Shown here: positions 1-8,457 of the stretch, one piece after another | How positions within the stretch are numbered: position 1 is the stretch's first letter | Layout: the number at the start of each line of letters is the position of its first letter | Source of the DNA: Bdellovibrionota bacterium | GTDB lineage: Bacteria > Bdellovibrionota_C > UBA2361 > JBGSMV01 | Length of the DNA: 19,636 bases | NCBI GenBank assembly: GCA_044356455.1 | Contig: JBIKWF010000084.1 | Span: forward strand, 1 to 19,636 | Direction of reading: 5' to 3' | The notes under the pieces: generated by a model | Databases searched by the model: none | What the model was told of the DNA's origin: nothing | Seen by the model: only the letters and a program-made list of their open reading frames with translations | Made by a program: the position numbers and the translations under genes

Positions 1-977
1 GCGGTGGAGGCTCTTACGACGATGGGCAATTTTACTCAGCCGCCGATGATGAGCAGCTTGGCGAGAGTGACCCCTGGAAAGTGCCTTTTCTGCGTGGGAG
101 GAGGCGATGCGTGATTTATGCTCTTGTTCCCGATTGCTTGTGCAGTGACGCGCTGAGGAGATCTTTCCCTTACGGCGCTGCTTCGCTCCATGAGTGGGGT
201 GAGCAGAGTGCTGGTCTGAACTAGAAGCGCAATCAGACGCGTGAGTATCAACGTGATGATCTGCCGGATCGGATTCCGGAGAATCTGGCGAGTGGTGGCG
301 AAATGCTTTCGCCTTAGATGAGTAGTCGTCCAAAGCCTAAAGACCCTGGGCAAAGTCTGTTGCCGGCGCCCAAATCTCCCCAAGTGAGTTCTTGAGGGGG
401 CTCCTAAGCTTGCTATTTCTGGTGCTGCCTAGGCCAACCTAGATTTCACCAGCTTTTACTCGCTTTTGCCGACCCCGTACCTGCCGAACCTACTACCTCT
501 ATAGCTTCGGCAAAATTGAATCCTGACCTAAGTCAAATTTCGCTTTGCCAAGCCACAAGGCACTCTTACGTGAGTGTCTCTATAGTTAGATTATAACTCC
601 TCGTGATTGGATTCCGCTAGCCCTCTTGTCTCCTGAGATTTGTTAGAAGTATGTGAGCACGCCAATTATGTCGGCCGCATTGGACCTAGACGCCCATCGC
701 TTGTTGGCTAAAACGGACGTGAATGGCATGCGCATCGCACCTTTACCGGCCTCTTGAAATGCGGCTCCACTCACTAGTGAGCGGCTTCGAGAGGACTCCC
801 CTCTTAGCGAAAGAAGGTAGAACGGTTATTTGGTTACGCGCACCGGGTGGGACGACCCACTACGAGATCTAAGGATTTCAGCCAAGAATCTTTGCCAGAC
901 CAGAGACCAGGTCATTGCAGGCGAAAGGATCCTTACAGTTTCAGAGCTTCATACCACAACTGTCTTACCTACATGCT

Positions 978-1931
978 ATGAGCTTATCCTCCCCTGAAGA
1001 CGATCTTCAAAGGCAGGACCTTTCGGTCCCTAGGTCCGTTTCGCCTTTAACATCCCTAAGTGCTGCCGCAGATTTGCGTGCAAAGATGCTTCTGGAGAGC
1101 ACCAAGTTACCCCAGCGGCATGAAGAAAATGAGCCCCGCGAGCGGGACTCGAGCGGAGCTTCTGCGCACGCCACCTTTGAATTGCAGCGTGCGCTGCAAT
1201 CAGAGGACGAATTCGAGAGGATCTTGAGGCGAGTAGGGCTTGATGCTTACGCGCGGGGAGTTGGGCTGAGGGCCGGTACTCCGACCGGAGATTTTTTTGG
1301 GAGCGTGCTGCGCCAGGATGGCGGAGTATCTTTGCTCGTGGGTGATGCGTGTGGGCACGATGCGCAAGACGTGTGGGATAATGCGGTGCGCTTTTGCCTT
1401 TTTCTCTCGCAGCCTGAGGTAGCGAGGAAGCTTGGTCTCACGCCGAGCGATCCACGAGAGCTACTTCTCGACGTTGATAGGGGCTGCAATTTTAGAGGAA
1501 ACTTTGCGCATGACTCGATTACCTTGACCCATGTTCTGATTGATCCTGCTTCTGGAGTGTTCTCTGTTGCCAATGCAGCAAACCCTTGTCCCGTTATCGT
1601 GGTGGGGCCGCGAGGCGCAAGGAGAATTCAAGCCAAAGGAGCATCTATCTCTCATCCCGATCTCGAAGCGTGTGGGGCAAGCTACCTTTCCTCTGAGGCG
1701 ACAGTTCTTTCGGGAGTTCTTGATGTCGGAGAGATGTTGCTACTTGGCACGGACGGACTTGTCGATAGTGAGGATGAAAATGGAGTGCCTCTCGGCGAGA
1801 CTCTTGAAGGGCGCTTGATGCAGGAGCGAGTATGGGAGCTTTCTCCCCGCCAGGCTCTTGATGCTGCGTTCTCAATGATTAAGGTTCGAAAAGATGATGT
1901 TGCGATAATGGTGGCGAAGCGAACTTGCTAA
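978..1931 (+). CDS. SpoIIE/RsbU-like PP2C-family Ser/Thr phosphatase, stand-alone, with low-complexity N-terminus
   Basis: PP2C-type metal-binding motifs in the expected order: LLVGDACGH, FSVANA, LLLGTDGLVD and C-terminal KDDVAIMV. The ORF track starts at TTG 915; I prefer ATG 978 (MSLSSPEDD), but the start is uncertain. Confidence 0.8.
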   Translation: MSLSSPEDDLQRQDLSVPRSVSPLTSLSAAADLRAKMLLESTKLPQRHEENEPRERDSSGASAHATFELQRALQSEDEFERILRRVGLDAYARGVGLRAGTPTGDFFGSVLRQDGGVSLLVGDACGHDAQDVWDNAVRFCLFLSQPEVARKLGLTPSDPRELLLDVDRGCNFRGNFAHDSITLTHVLIDPASGVFSVANAANPCPVIVVGPRGARRIQAKGASISHPDLEACGASYLSSEATVLSGVLDVGEMLLLGTDGLVDSEDENGVPLGETLEGRLMQERVWELSPRQALDAAFSMIKVRKDDVAIMVAKRTC

Positions 1932-1993
1932 TTGTGCAAAAGGCACTTTGTAATCGTGCAGCGAGTGTCCGAGGCCGAGCGAGCTAACGATTT

Positions 1994-2048
1994 TAACGCG
2001 AAGGGAAGAGAATTCAATACCTTCGTGCCCATCGTGTCCTTCGCGTTA
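1994..2048. repeat. 11-bp perfect inverted repeat with three 9-bp-period units on the right side; possible hairpin between convergent genes
   Basis: TAACGCGAAGG (1994-2004) is the reverse complement of CCTTCGCGTTA (2038-2048). Units are CCTTCGTGC/CCATCGTGT/CCTTCGCGT at 2020-2046. Confidence 0.75.
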
Positions 2049-2120
2049 GAGATTTTCGCTTTCGAAACGCCCTCACCTTGATTAGAAGGTCAGATTTAGA
2101 TTTTTACACTACACGAGCTT

Positions 2121-2918
2121 CTACGATCCGTTCCCGAGCTCGCGTTCAAAAAACGTTCTTGCCTCATCGAGAGACAAGACCGTGTGAGTAGCGGCCCGCC
2201 TTGCAAATGAGCAGGCTGAGCCTACGCGACTATCTGGCACATACAGAACCTTGGACCCTGCGGCGCGAGCCGCGTAGACGCCGGGTTTTGAGTCTTCTAT
2301 GGCCCAGCTTTCCTTAATCACAATCCCAAGTAGCTCCGCGGATCTGAGAAAAACATCGGGTGCGGGCTTTGGATTGGAAACCCCTTCGGAGTCTCTCCCC
2401 ACAATCACATCAAAGCGGTGTTCAAGTGCCGTGCCGCGAAGAAGTTCGCGCGCCTGAGCTTCCGGCCGCGAAGTTGAATTAGAGCGAGGGAGCTCAGCCT
2501 TATCTGCAAAGTCTAAAAGCTCGGGAAATCCAGGCATGGGGGCCACGTCAATCAGCTGCTGCTCTTGTGGGCGCCGAATTTCAAGTAAACGACTAAGCAT
2601 ACGCTGGCCAATCGTTTGGCCAGGAGCGAGAAGGTTGGGAGCCCTAAGTTCACAGGAGGCGAACCGTTCATTAAGCCCAGAAATGGTTTCCTCCCCTGAG
2701 GCTCCTACCGTCCAGCCAAAGTCATCATGACGGAGATCGAGTTCAAGAAACTCCCGTGCAATTTGTGTAAGCACTACTGATTGCGGAAGAACCGTATTCA
2801 GCGAAATTCCGTCGAGATCAAACATTAAGCCAACGCGCCTTGATCGGGAGGCAGGCGCACCCAATGCGGCGGGCGCACTTGAGGCAACGTCGTTTTGGCA
2901 ACCAATACTCTTAATCAA
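2121..2918 (-). CDS. HAD-superfamily hydrolase, subfamily IA (beta-phosphoglucomutase/CbbY-like)
   Basis: Motif I LMFDLDG, motif II NSTS, motif III KPAPDVF, motif IV AIEDSKPGVYAARAAG. Start uncertain (TTG 2918 gives about 30 aa before motif I). Confidence 0.88.
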   Translation of the reverse strand: MIKSIGCQNDVASSAPAALGAPASRSRRVGLMFDLDGISLNTVLPQSVVLTQIAREFLELDLRHDDFGWTVGASGEETISGLNERFASCELRAPNLLAPGQTIGQRMLSRLLEIRRPQEQQLIDVAPMPGFPELLDFADKAELPRSNSTSRPEAQARELLRGTALEHRFDVIVGRDSEGVSNPKPAPDVFLRSAELLGIVIKESWAIEDSKPGVYAARAAGSKVLYVPDSRVGSACSFARRAATHTVLSLDEARTFFERELGNGS

Positions 2919-3033
2919 TGCCTTCCAGGCTCCTCGCTTGGTGAAAAAGGAGCCGAATCATAGCATTCTGAGAGGTTCTAGGTAAGAGAGCCCCTGCCCG
3001 TGCGCCACGAAAAGATTCAAGCTTGGGAAAACA

Positions 3034-4866
3034 CTACAGAAGACTTTGCAGTGCCGCCCGAGCGGTTTCCCGAATATCACTTAGTGCAACACCTGAAATA
3101 GAAAGCGAGGCTCGGTTAAGTGCTGCCTTGGGCGAATTGAAAATTTCTCGCCGACGCTTAAAGAGGGTTCCGTAGTTTCTTCGCCTGCGTTCTTCGCAGG
3201 ACCGAATGGATCGGCAGGTGCGAAGACTCGCGCTGAGCTTGGCCCTCATGGTGCTCAGGCGCTCAGCCCTTTTCCCCAATGCGACTCCCTCGCCTGCCTT
3301 TCGAATTGCTGCCAGATTACCTGCAGCTAGTCCAGTTGAAGAAACAAGCTCATCCAAGGAGTAGGAGAGCAGGGTTTCCCAGTTCTTCTTATCGGACAGC
3401 TCGGCATAAACGGCTACTGCTGCCTTGGCAGCGTTAAGGGCAGCTATGGAAGCGAGCTCTGAGCCCCCATTCTCAACAGTCTTTAGGCTGGTGGTGTAAG
3501 TAACTTCTGCTGCCGCGAAGGCGGCCTGGAGCGAAGGTGACTGGGTATTTCTCTCTGCAACTTTTGCAAGAGAGGTGTCCGTGATACTTGCAAGGCTCGG
3601 CAGGAGTATTTCTAAACTTATCATTCCGGCCTCGGGGGAAGATGCAAAGTGCTTCGCCACTGACGAGAAGAGCTTTGCAAAATAGTCCAAGGTCTTCTTC
3701 GAAGTCCCGCAGCCTTCTGCTCTATGAATTTTGAGTAGGGCGCGAGCAGCCTTTATCTCTGCGGCAAATCCAGGACGATTTACGAGAGTTCGTAGACGCG
3801 GAATTTCTGCCTGAAAGCCCTCGGACGATGAGTGGGCGTTGAGAAGCAAGTTGTTCTGCTCTGTAAGTTTCGCAAGGAGAGACTCTGCGGTTTGAGCCAC
3901 CACGGAAAGGGGCATGCTCGATTTCAGCGCAAGGCTTTGCACCCTTTGAATGAAATCCTGAGCTTGCTGGTGAGCAAGTGCTCTCGCCGAGAACTGAATT
4001 CGCGCGGCGATGGCAGCCGCGAGCTGTTCCTCTAGAAGCGCAGTCTGAGGAGTGTCTCCTAGAATATCGGATCCTTTGAGTAGTTCTGCCAAAAATAGTG
4101 CTTGATCTTGGGCAAGTTCAGCTGAGGTAAGTGCTTGTGAAGCAGCATTGCTATACATGCCTAACGCGCTTTGCAAATGTTCGAGAGCCATGTTTAGAGA
4201 ACCGCTTTGAGAGGCAGCATAAAGAGTCGGGAGCGTAGATTCCTCAAGGAGTGCTTCAACTTCTTCGAATTCGCCGCGGAGCTTAGAACTCATTTGCAGA
4301 GCTGAGAGAGCAAATACAAGTCTGCGGTCTACCGCAGAAATTGAGGCTCCTTTTTCCGCCGCGCTCGTGAGGAGAGCTTCCGCTACTGCCACAGAATCTT
4401 GGCAAAGATTACCTAAGTCACCAGAAATGTCCTCCACTTGCGCCATGGCGCCAACTGCGGCTTGAGAAGCGGGTGCCCCATAGGTAACGGCAATGTTTTG
4501 AAGGGGAGTCAGGGTCTCGAGTCTTAGAACGTTGGCAAGCGAAGCTCGCGCGAGTTCAGAGTCTCTGCGTAGTGCATTGAGATAGAACGTTTTTGCAGCA
4601 AGTGCGCGCTGCTTTGATGCTTTTGAGAGCTGCGTAAGGCCAGTAGACTTCTTGTTCTTTGCTCCTTTTTCGAGCTGCCGAAGTTGGGCGCTCAGTGTTC
4701 TGGATTCCGTTTGGAGTGAAGCCAGTTCTTCGCGAATCTCTGCGAGAGTTGTTGTGGTGGCAAGAATGGCAATGTCTCGCGGGTTAGGGGCAGGGGCTGC
4801 GAATAGCGTTGAGGAAAAGCAAAGGGCACAAGCAAAGAGCAAGGGAATTCCCCAGGGGCATTTCAT
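3034..4866 (-). CDS. Hypothetical exported Ala/Leu-rich helical or coiled-coil protein
   Basis: About 610-codon ORF. Signal-peptide-like start MKCPWGIPLLFACALCFSSTLFA/APAP from ATG 4866 and heptad-like segment TLAEIREELASLQTESRTLSAQLRQLE. No recognisable catalytic motif. Confidence 0.7.
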   Translation of the reverse strand: MKCPWGIPLLFACALCFSSTLFAAPAPNPRDIAILATTTTLAEIREELASLQTESRTLSAQLRQLEKGAKNKKSTGLTQLSKASKQRALAAKTFYLNALRRDSELARASLANVLRLETLTPLQNIAVTYGAPASQAAVGAMAQVEDISGDLGNLCQDSVAVAEALLTSAAEKGASISAVDRRLVFALSALQMSSKLRGEFEEVEALLEESTLPTLYAASQSGSLNMALEHLQSALGMYSNAASQALTSAELAQDQALFLAELLKGSDILGDTPQTALLEEQLAAAIAARIQFSARALAHQQAQDFIQRVQSLALKSSMPLSVVAQTAESLLAKLTEQNNLLLNAHSSSEGFQAEIPRLRTLVNRPGFAAEIKAARALLKIHRAEGCGTSKKTLDYFAKLFSSVAKHFASSPEAGMISLEILLPSLASITDTSLAKVAERNTQSPSLQAAFAAAEVTYTTSLKTVENGGSELASIAALNAAKAAVAVYAELSDKKNWETLLSYSLDELVSSTGLAAGNLAAIRKAGEGVALGKRAERLSTMRAKLSASLRTCRSIRSCEERRRRNYGTLFKRRREIFNSPKAALNRASLSISGVALSDIRETARAALQSLL

Positions 4867-4970
4867 AACGACACTCACTTCGCGCAGTTAATTAAGGCCC
4901 CCCACTGTCGTTATGGGGGTTCCCGGCCAAATGAGGCAGACTTTTTGTTTAGGGGTTCAGAATATTTTCA

Positions 4971-4997
4971 CCACAAAGGACGCAAAGGACACAAAGG
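4971..4997. repeat. 3 x 9-bp tandem repeat
   Basis: CCACAAAGG ACGCAAAGG ACACAAAGG, intergenic. Its reverse complement resembles the units at 2020-2046. Confidence 0.8.
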
Positions 4998-5120
4998 GAT
5001 ACGTTGAAATTGCTAGTTTTTACGCCGAACGTTCTTGCGCCCTGTTTTTTTGTTGCGGGGTACTCGAAGAGTGCAGTCCTCTATGCCCTATTCAGTGCTA
5101 GGGCGCGCAACTAGCTGTAA

Positions 5121-5624
5121 TTATGAATTTTTTGATATGGCAGAGACTCTCCACGTCCAGTCTTTGCCCTGTGGGAGTGGGCTCACGAATGCAAAAGTTG
5201 TGGATTTTCCATGGAGCAGGACGTTCCCCATGAAGCGCCGCTCTTCTACTGCTTCTCCACGAAGTATTTCCAGGAACAGATGAATCATGCCATTGCCCTC
5301 GACGAGACCTTTCCAGGTCCCGGTTGCCACCTTGGCTCTGGAGGCTCTTGCCCCTGGGCCTAGAAAAGAATTTTTCAGTACTCTCGCATAGAGCTCGCCG
5401 GTTACCGACGGGCTTGTGAGCTTTAACGTGGAGGAGAGCGCGGCGTCTCTCTTCGTGCTGCCGAAGGTGCTTCCCAACCTTGAGATAGATTGCTGTCCTT
5501 TTACCAAGGGGACATCGCAGGGCCTATATTGGACTTTCCCGGAGCAGCGATATTGGCGCGCGGCCCAGGCGGGGCTAAGGGGAAGTAATACGAGCATGCA
5601 GACGGCAATAATTTTTTGGTACAT
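5121..5624 (-). CDS. Hypothetical exported protein
   Basis: ATG 5624 gives signal peptide MYQKIIAVCMLVLLPLSPAWA followed by QYRCSGKVQYRPC (loosely DUF4124-like Cys pair). This start avoids the head-to-head overlap with folK that the 5792 start creates. Confidence 0.65.
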   Translation of the reverse strand: MYQKIIAVCMLVLLPLSPAWAARQYRCSGKVQYRPCDVPLVKGQQSISRLGSTFGSTKRDAALSSTLKLTSPSVTGELYARVLKNSFLGPGARASRAKVATGTWKGLVEGNGMIHLFLEILRGEAVEERRFMGNVLLHGKSTTFAFVSPLPQGKDWTWRVSAISKNS

Positions 5625-5718
5625 GCGAATCCCCATAACAACGGCAAGGCTTCTTAGACAAACGATGATAAGGGAATTGAGCTTACCCTGAGTATGCATC
5701 TCGGTTAAGATACTATTT

Positions 5719-6249
5719 ATGGAAGTAGGCATCGCTCTTGGGGCCAATTTAGGGGATCGAATCGCTACCTTACGAAAGGCGGCCAAGCTCATTGAAGAGG
5801 GGATTGGCCGGATTATTTCTCAGTCCCGGCTCTTCCAAACGCGCGCCATGGTACCACCGGAAAGGCCCGATGAAGTCCAGCCGGATTACATTAATGCGGT
5901 CTTATTAGTTGAATCTGAGCTTCCAGCCGCAGAGATCCTCATTGCGCTACTTGGCTACGAGTCCCTCCTTGGCCGAGTGAGGAACGAACGCTGGAGTTCT
6001 CGCACCGTGGACCTGGACCTTCTATTCGTAGGGGGGCAGGTCATCTCCTCGCCGAACCTCACTCTTCCTCATCCAGAGCTTCAAAACCGAGACTTTGTAC
6101 TTGTGCCACTGCTGGAAGTCGCCCCGGCCTGGTGGCATCCTATTTTGAGGGCTACGGCATCTGAATTGCTTCAAGTCTTGCAGAATGGTCGCAATCAGAC
6201 CTACGTTAGGGAGGTGCTTGAACCGATTGATGCGGCGCCACTTATTTAG
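5719..6249 (+). CDS. folK: 2-amino-4-hydroxy-6-hydroxymethyldihydropteridine diphosphokinase (HPPK)
   Basis: IALGANLGD, QPDYINAV, E..LGRVR.ERWSSRTVDLDLL, LTLPHPEL..RDFVLVPLLEV are hallmark FolK motifs. Confidence 0.96.
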   Translation: MEVGIALGANLGDRIATLRKAAKLIEEGIGRIISQSRLFQTRAMVPPERPDEVQPDYINAVLLVESELPAAEILIALLGYESLLGRVRNERWSSRTVDLDLLFVGGQVISSPNLTLPHPELQNRDFVLVPLLEVAPAWWHPILRATASELLQVLQNGRNQTYVREVLEPIDAAPLI

Positions 6250-6288
6250 GAGACTGTGAAGAACCTCAAGATCGGGAGATTTCCCAGG

Positions 6289-6345
6289 TTCTTAGTGTTC
6301 TCTGTGTTCTCTGTGTTCTCTGTGTTCTCTGTGTTCTTAGTGGTT
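6289..6345. repeat. 6 x 9-bp tandem repeat
   Basis: TTCTTAGTG, then (TTCTCTGTG)x4, then TTCTTAGTG followed by GTT; lies between folK and the next gene. Confidence 0.92.
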
Positions 6346-6376
6346 GTTTTCTCAGGGCAGCACCCAGAAAAATAGT

Positions 6377-6778
6377 ATGGCCTACCAGGATACCAAAATT
6401 AGTCCCATGATCTGTCTTCTAACCTTTGCGTTAGAGCTGACACTTCTTTTCTATGGTCTTAAGGATCAGAATTTAGGAAAGGCAATCATCTTTATCGTTA
6501 TTGCTCTTCTTGTTTTCGTTAATTTCTTTTCACTGAGTGTTTCACTGGATCGCGAATCCTTGCGGCTATCCTTTGGCCTTGGGCTCATTAACCGCACCGT
6601 GTTGCTTCAAGACGTTCAGGGCATGGAGATTGTGCCAAATAGTTCTTTAGCTTGGGTTTACGATATGCGGCGGGACCACGTTCTTAAGCTTCGCCTTCGA
6701 AATGGTGGCAGCATGCTTGTGGGGATAGGGGATGCGAAGCGCATGATGGAGCTTATTGCTGGGTTTATTCGGCATTAA
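6377..6778 (+). CDS. Small membrane protein: two N-terminal TM helices plus possible bacterial PH-like beta domain
   Basis: Hydrophobic ICLLTFALELTLLFY and AIIFIVIALLVFVNFFSL, then SVSLDRESLRLSFGLGLINRTVLLQDV. ATG 6377 preferred over TTG 6344, which lies at the repeat end. Confidence 0.65.
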   Translation: MAYQDTKISPMICLLTFALELTLLFYGLKDQNLGKAIIFIVIALLVFVNFFSLSVSLDRESLRLSFGLGLINRTVLLQDVQGMEIVPNSSLAWVYDMRRDHVLKLRLRNGGSMLVGIGDAKRMMELIAGFIRH

Positions 6779-7644
6779 CTACTTGCCACTATCCTCGATA
6801 TCACCTCTCCGAAAAACTCCCGCCCCCATAGCTCGACAGACGCCTGGTCTTTTAAGAACGGTCTTACATCTTGCTTCGCAGCCTCTAGATCAATGCTTTC
6901 AAGGCGAGCAAGGAGGGCCTCTTTTAGATCTGAAACGGTGAGCCCTTGCTCCCTTGTCCATGCGCCACTCTGTACAAGCCGCTCCTTGAGGTGCGAAAGG
7001 TGTACAGGAGTGCGGGAACCGACGTACCAAACAAAGTCGTACCAATCTCGGCCCTTAACCCTATTCTTCCAGCCGCGACATAGGATTGCGTGGAGCTTTC
7101 CAGCGAAGAGGTCCGGCTTAGAGTAGGTGAGAACCGAGAATGGAATCGGCTGTAGAAGCGTTCGTACCTCAGTTAAAAATCCGGGTGGAGGATCGACGTC
7201 TATCTCGAATTTGATCTTGAGCAGGCGGTTCTTCGGTAGCACCGAAATGAGCTGGGCCGGTGCTCCCACCTGGATCAAATTTTGCTTAGTTCCGGTTTTG
7301 ATGAACGCTGACTGAATTGTGCTATCTTTCTGTTTTTCGAGTTCGGTTATCTCACTTTCAAATCCAAAGGCTAAGAGTTCCTCTTGCACGGCACGATAGT
7401 ATGACGACAGGCTAAAAGTTCCTGAGCTAGCAAGAAGAGAAAAATCTAGATCTTCTGAAAATCGGTTAAGGCCATAGAGAATTCTAAGCGCACTACCGCC
7501 GTAAAAAGCAGTGTGCTCAAAGAACTTCGCTCTCCACAGCCCAAGCAGGGCAAGCTCCTGAAGAATCTCTTTGAGGGCGTTCTCATAATCGAGTGTCGTC
7601 TTGCAGTCGTAACGCGCAAGCATTTGAGATACTGCTTCGTTCAT
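6775..7644 (-). CDS. abiEii: AbiEii-family nucleotidyltransferase, type IV TA toxin
   Basis: Pol-beta NTase motif FYGGSALRILYGLNRFSEDLDFS, plus IKFEID, AGKLHA and RVKGRDWYDF. Starts 3 bp after the stop of the upstream antitoxin-like gene. Confidence 0.93.
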   Translation of the reverse strand: MNEAVSQMLARYDCKTTLDYENALKEILQELALLGLWRAKFFEHTAFYGGSALRILYGLNRFSEDLDFSLLASSGTFSLSSYYRAVQEELLAFGFESEITELEKQKDSTIQSAFIKTGTKQNLIQVGAPAQLISVLPKNRLLKIKFEIDVDPPPGFLTEVRTLLQPIPFSVLTYSKPDLFAGKLHAILCRGWKNRVKGRDWYDFVWYVGSRTPVHLSHLKERLVQSGAWTREQGLTVSDLKEALLARLESIDLEAAKQDVRPFLKDQASVELWGREFFGEVISRIVASS

Positions 7645-7647
7645 TTC

Positions 7648-8277
7648 TCAGGCCCCCAGTAACTTCTTTAGGAAAAGTAATTTTTGCCTCGGAAATACTT
7701 TTACAATTTCACGAATCCGTTCCTTCCTAAAATCCTTAAGGGCGTCCCTTTCAATGCGGAGATCCTCAAAGAGGTACGCTTCAAGCTTTGCGACTGATGT
7801 AACGCTCGCGCTGCTGCTCGATAGGATAATCTTATCAGTAAGGGCCTTTTCTGGAGAGGCGATAAGAAAAGCAGGAGATCCATCAGCGCTGTTTAGCGTT
7901 ACTCCGACTGAGTAAACGGCGGAGCTCAGATGGTGATACTCAAAAACGCCCAGTGGTGTACTAAAGCTTTTCCCCCTCTTCAGCGTGACACTTTGGACCA
8001 CGTGAGCCCGTTCAGGGATAAGACCATAGAAGGAGAGTGCGTAATCAAGCGAGACGTATGAAGGGCCGTGGATTAGGTTTGCCAACCTTTCCTGGCAAAT
8101 TGGATTCCTCGCAACCTTGGGGCCGAATACGTAGAGCCCCTTTTTAACGCGGACTAAGTAGCCAGAGCGCAAAAGGGCTGAGATCTTCTTGCGGTACTGA
8201 GAGAGATCCCGCAGCAGGTACTTTAACTCGAGGTAATCGATCTCCTCGCTTTTGGCTTGTTGGCGCAAATCTAGCAT
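7648..8277 (-). CDS. abiEi: AbiEi-family type IV TA antitoxin / transcriptional regulator
   Basis: wHTH-like LLRSGYLVRVKKGLY, then PSYVSLDYALSFYGLIPE and FLIASPEKAL.D; directly upstream of abiEii. ATG 8277 preferred because ATG 8307 lies inside the putative promoter/operator. Confidence 0.88.
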   Translation of the reverse strand: MLDLRQQAKSEEIDYLELKYLLRDLSQYRKKISALLRSGYLVRVKKGLYVFGPKVARNPICQERLANLIHGPSYVSLDYALSFYGLIPERAHVVQSVTLKRGKSFSTPLGVFEYHHLSSAVYSVGVTLNSADGSPAFLIASPEKALTDKIILSSSSASVTSVAKLEAYLFEDLRIERDALKDFRKERIREIVKVFPRQKLLFLKKLLGA

Positions 8278-8280
8278 ATG

Positions 8281-8323
8281 ACCAGTATGTGTAATAATAC
8301 TGTACATACTGGTTGTTTCGCAA
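8281..8323 (-). promoter_or_regulatory. Putative sigma70 promoter with overlapping inverted-repeat operator for abiE
   Basis: Perfect 10-bp IR ACCAGTATGT (8281-8290) / ACATACTGGT (8304-8313) with 13-bp spacer. On the minus strand, TTGCGA (8323-8318), 18 bp, TATTAT (8299-8294). Confidence 0.7.
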
Positions 8324-8457
8324 GGGACCCGCCCTTCTCAACTACTGGATACTCAATATCCCGAAGTGCATAACCATTTGCAATTACTAGCTTTGTCGTC
8401 TTTGTGAACTTGGGTGCCCCTCCTGTTCCCCTCCCTCTGCTCCGTTCGTTGGTCATT

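Noticed and set aside
36..383. 115-aa minus-strand ORF
   Set aside because: TTG start, no motif or RBS recognised, and a competing frame is open to the window edge; cannot be supported.
559..577. CIRCE-like GGCACTC...GAGTGT
   Set aside because: The spacer is 6 bp, not 9, the arms lack TTA/TAA, and it is not next to a chaperone gene.
5625..5792. N-terminal extension of the 223-aa ORF
   Set aside because: Overlaps folK head-to-head; the signal peptide begins at ATG 5624.
8271..8456. 61-aa ORF with GGAPK as a HipA remnant
   Set aside because: Five-residue resemblance only, no other kinase motifs, and it runs through the abiE promoter.
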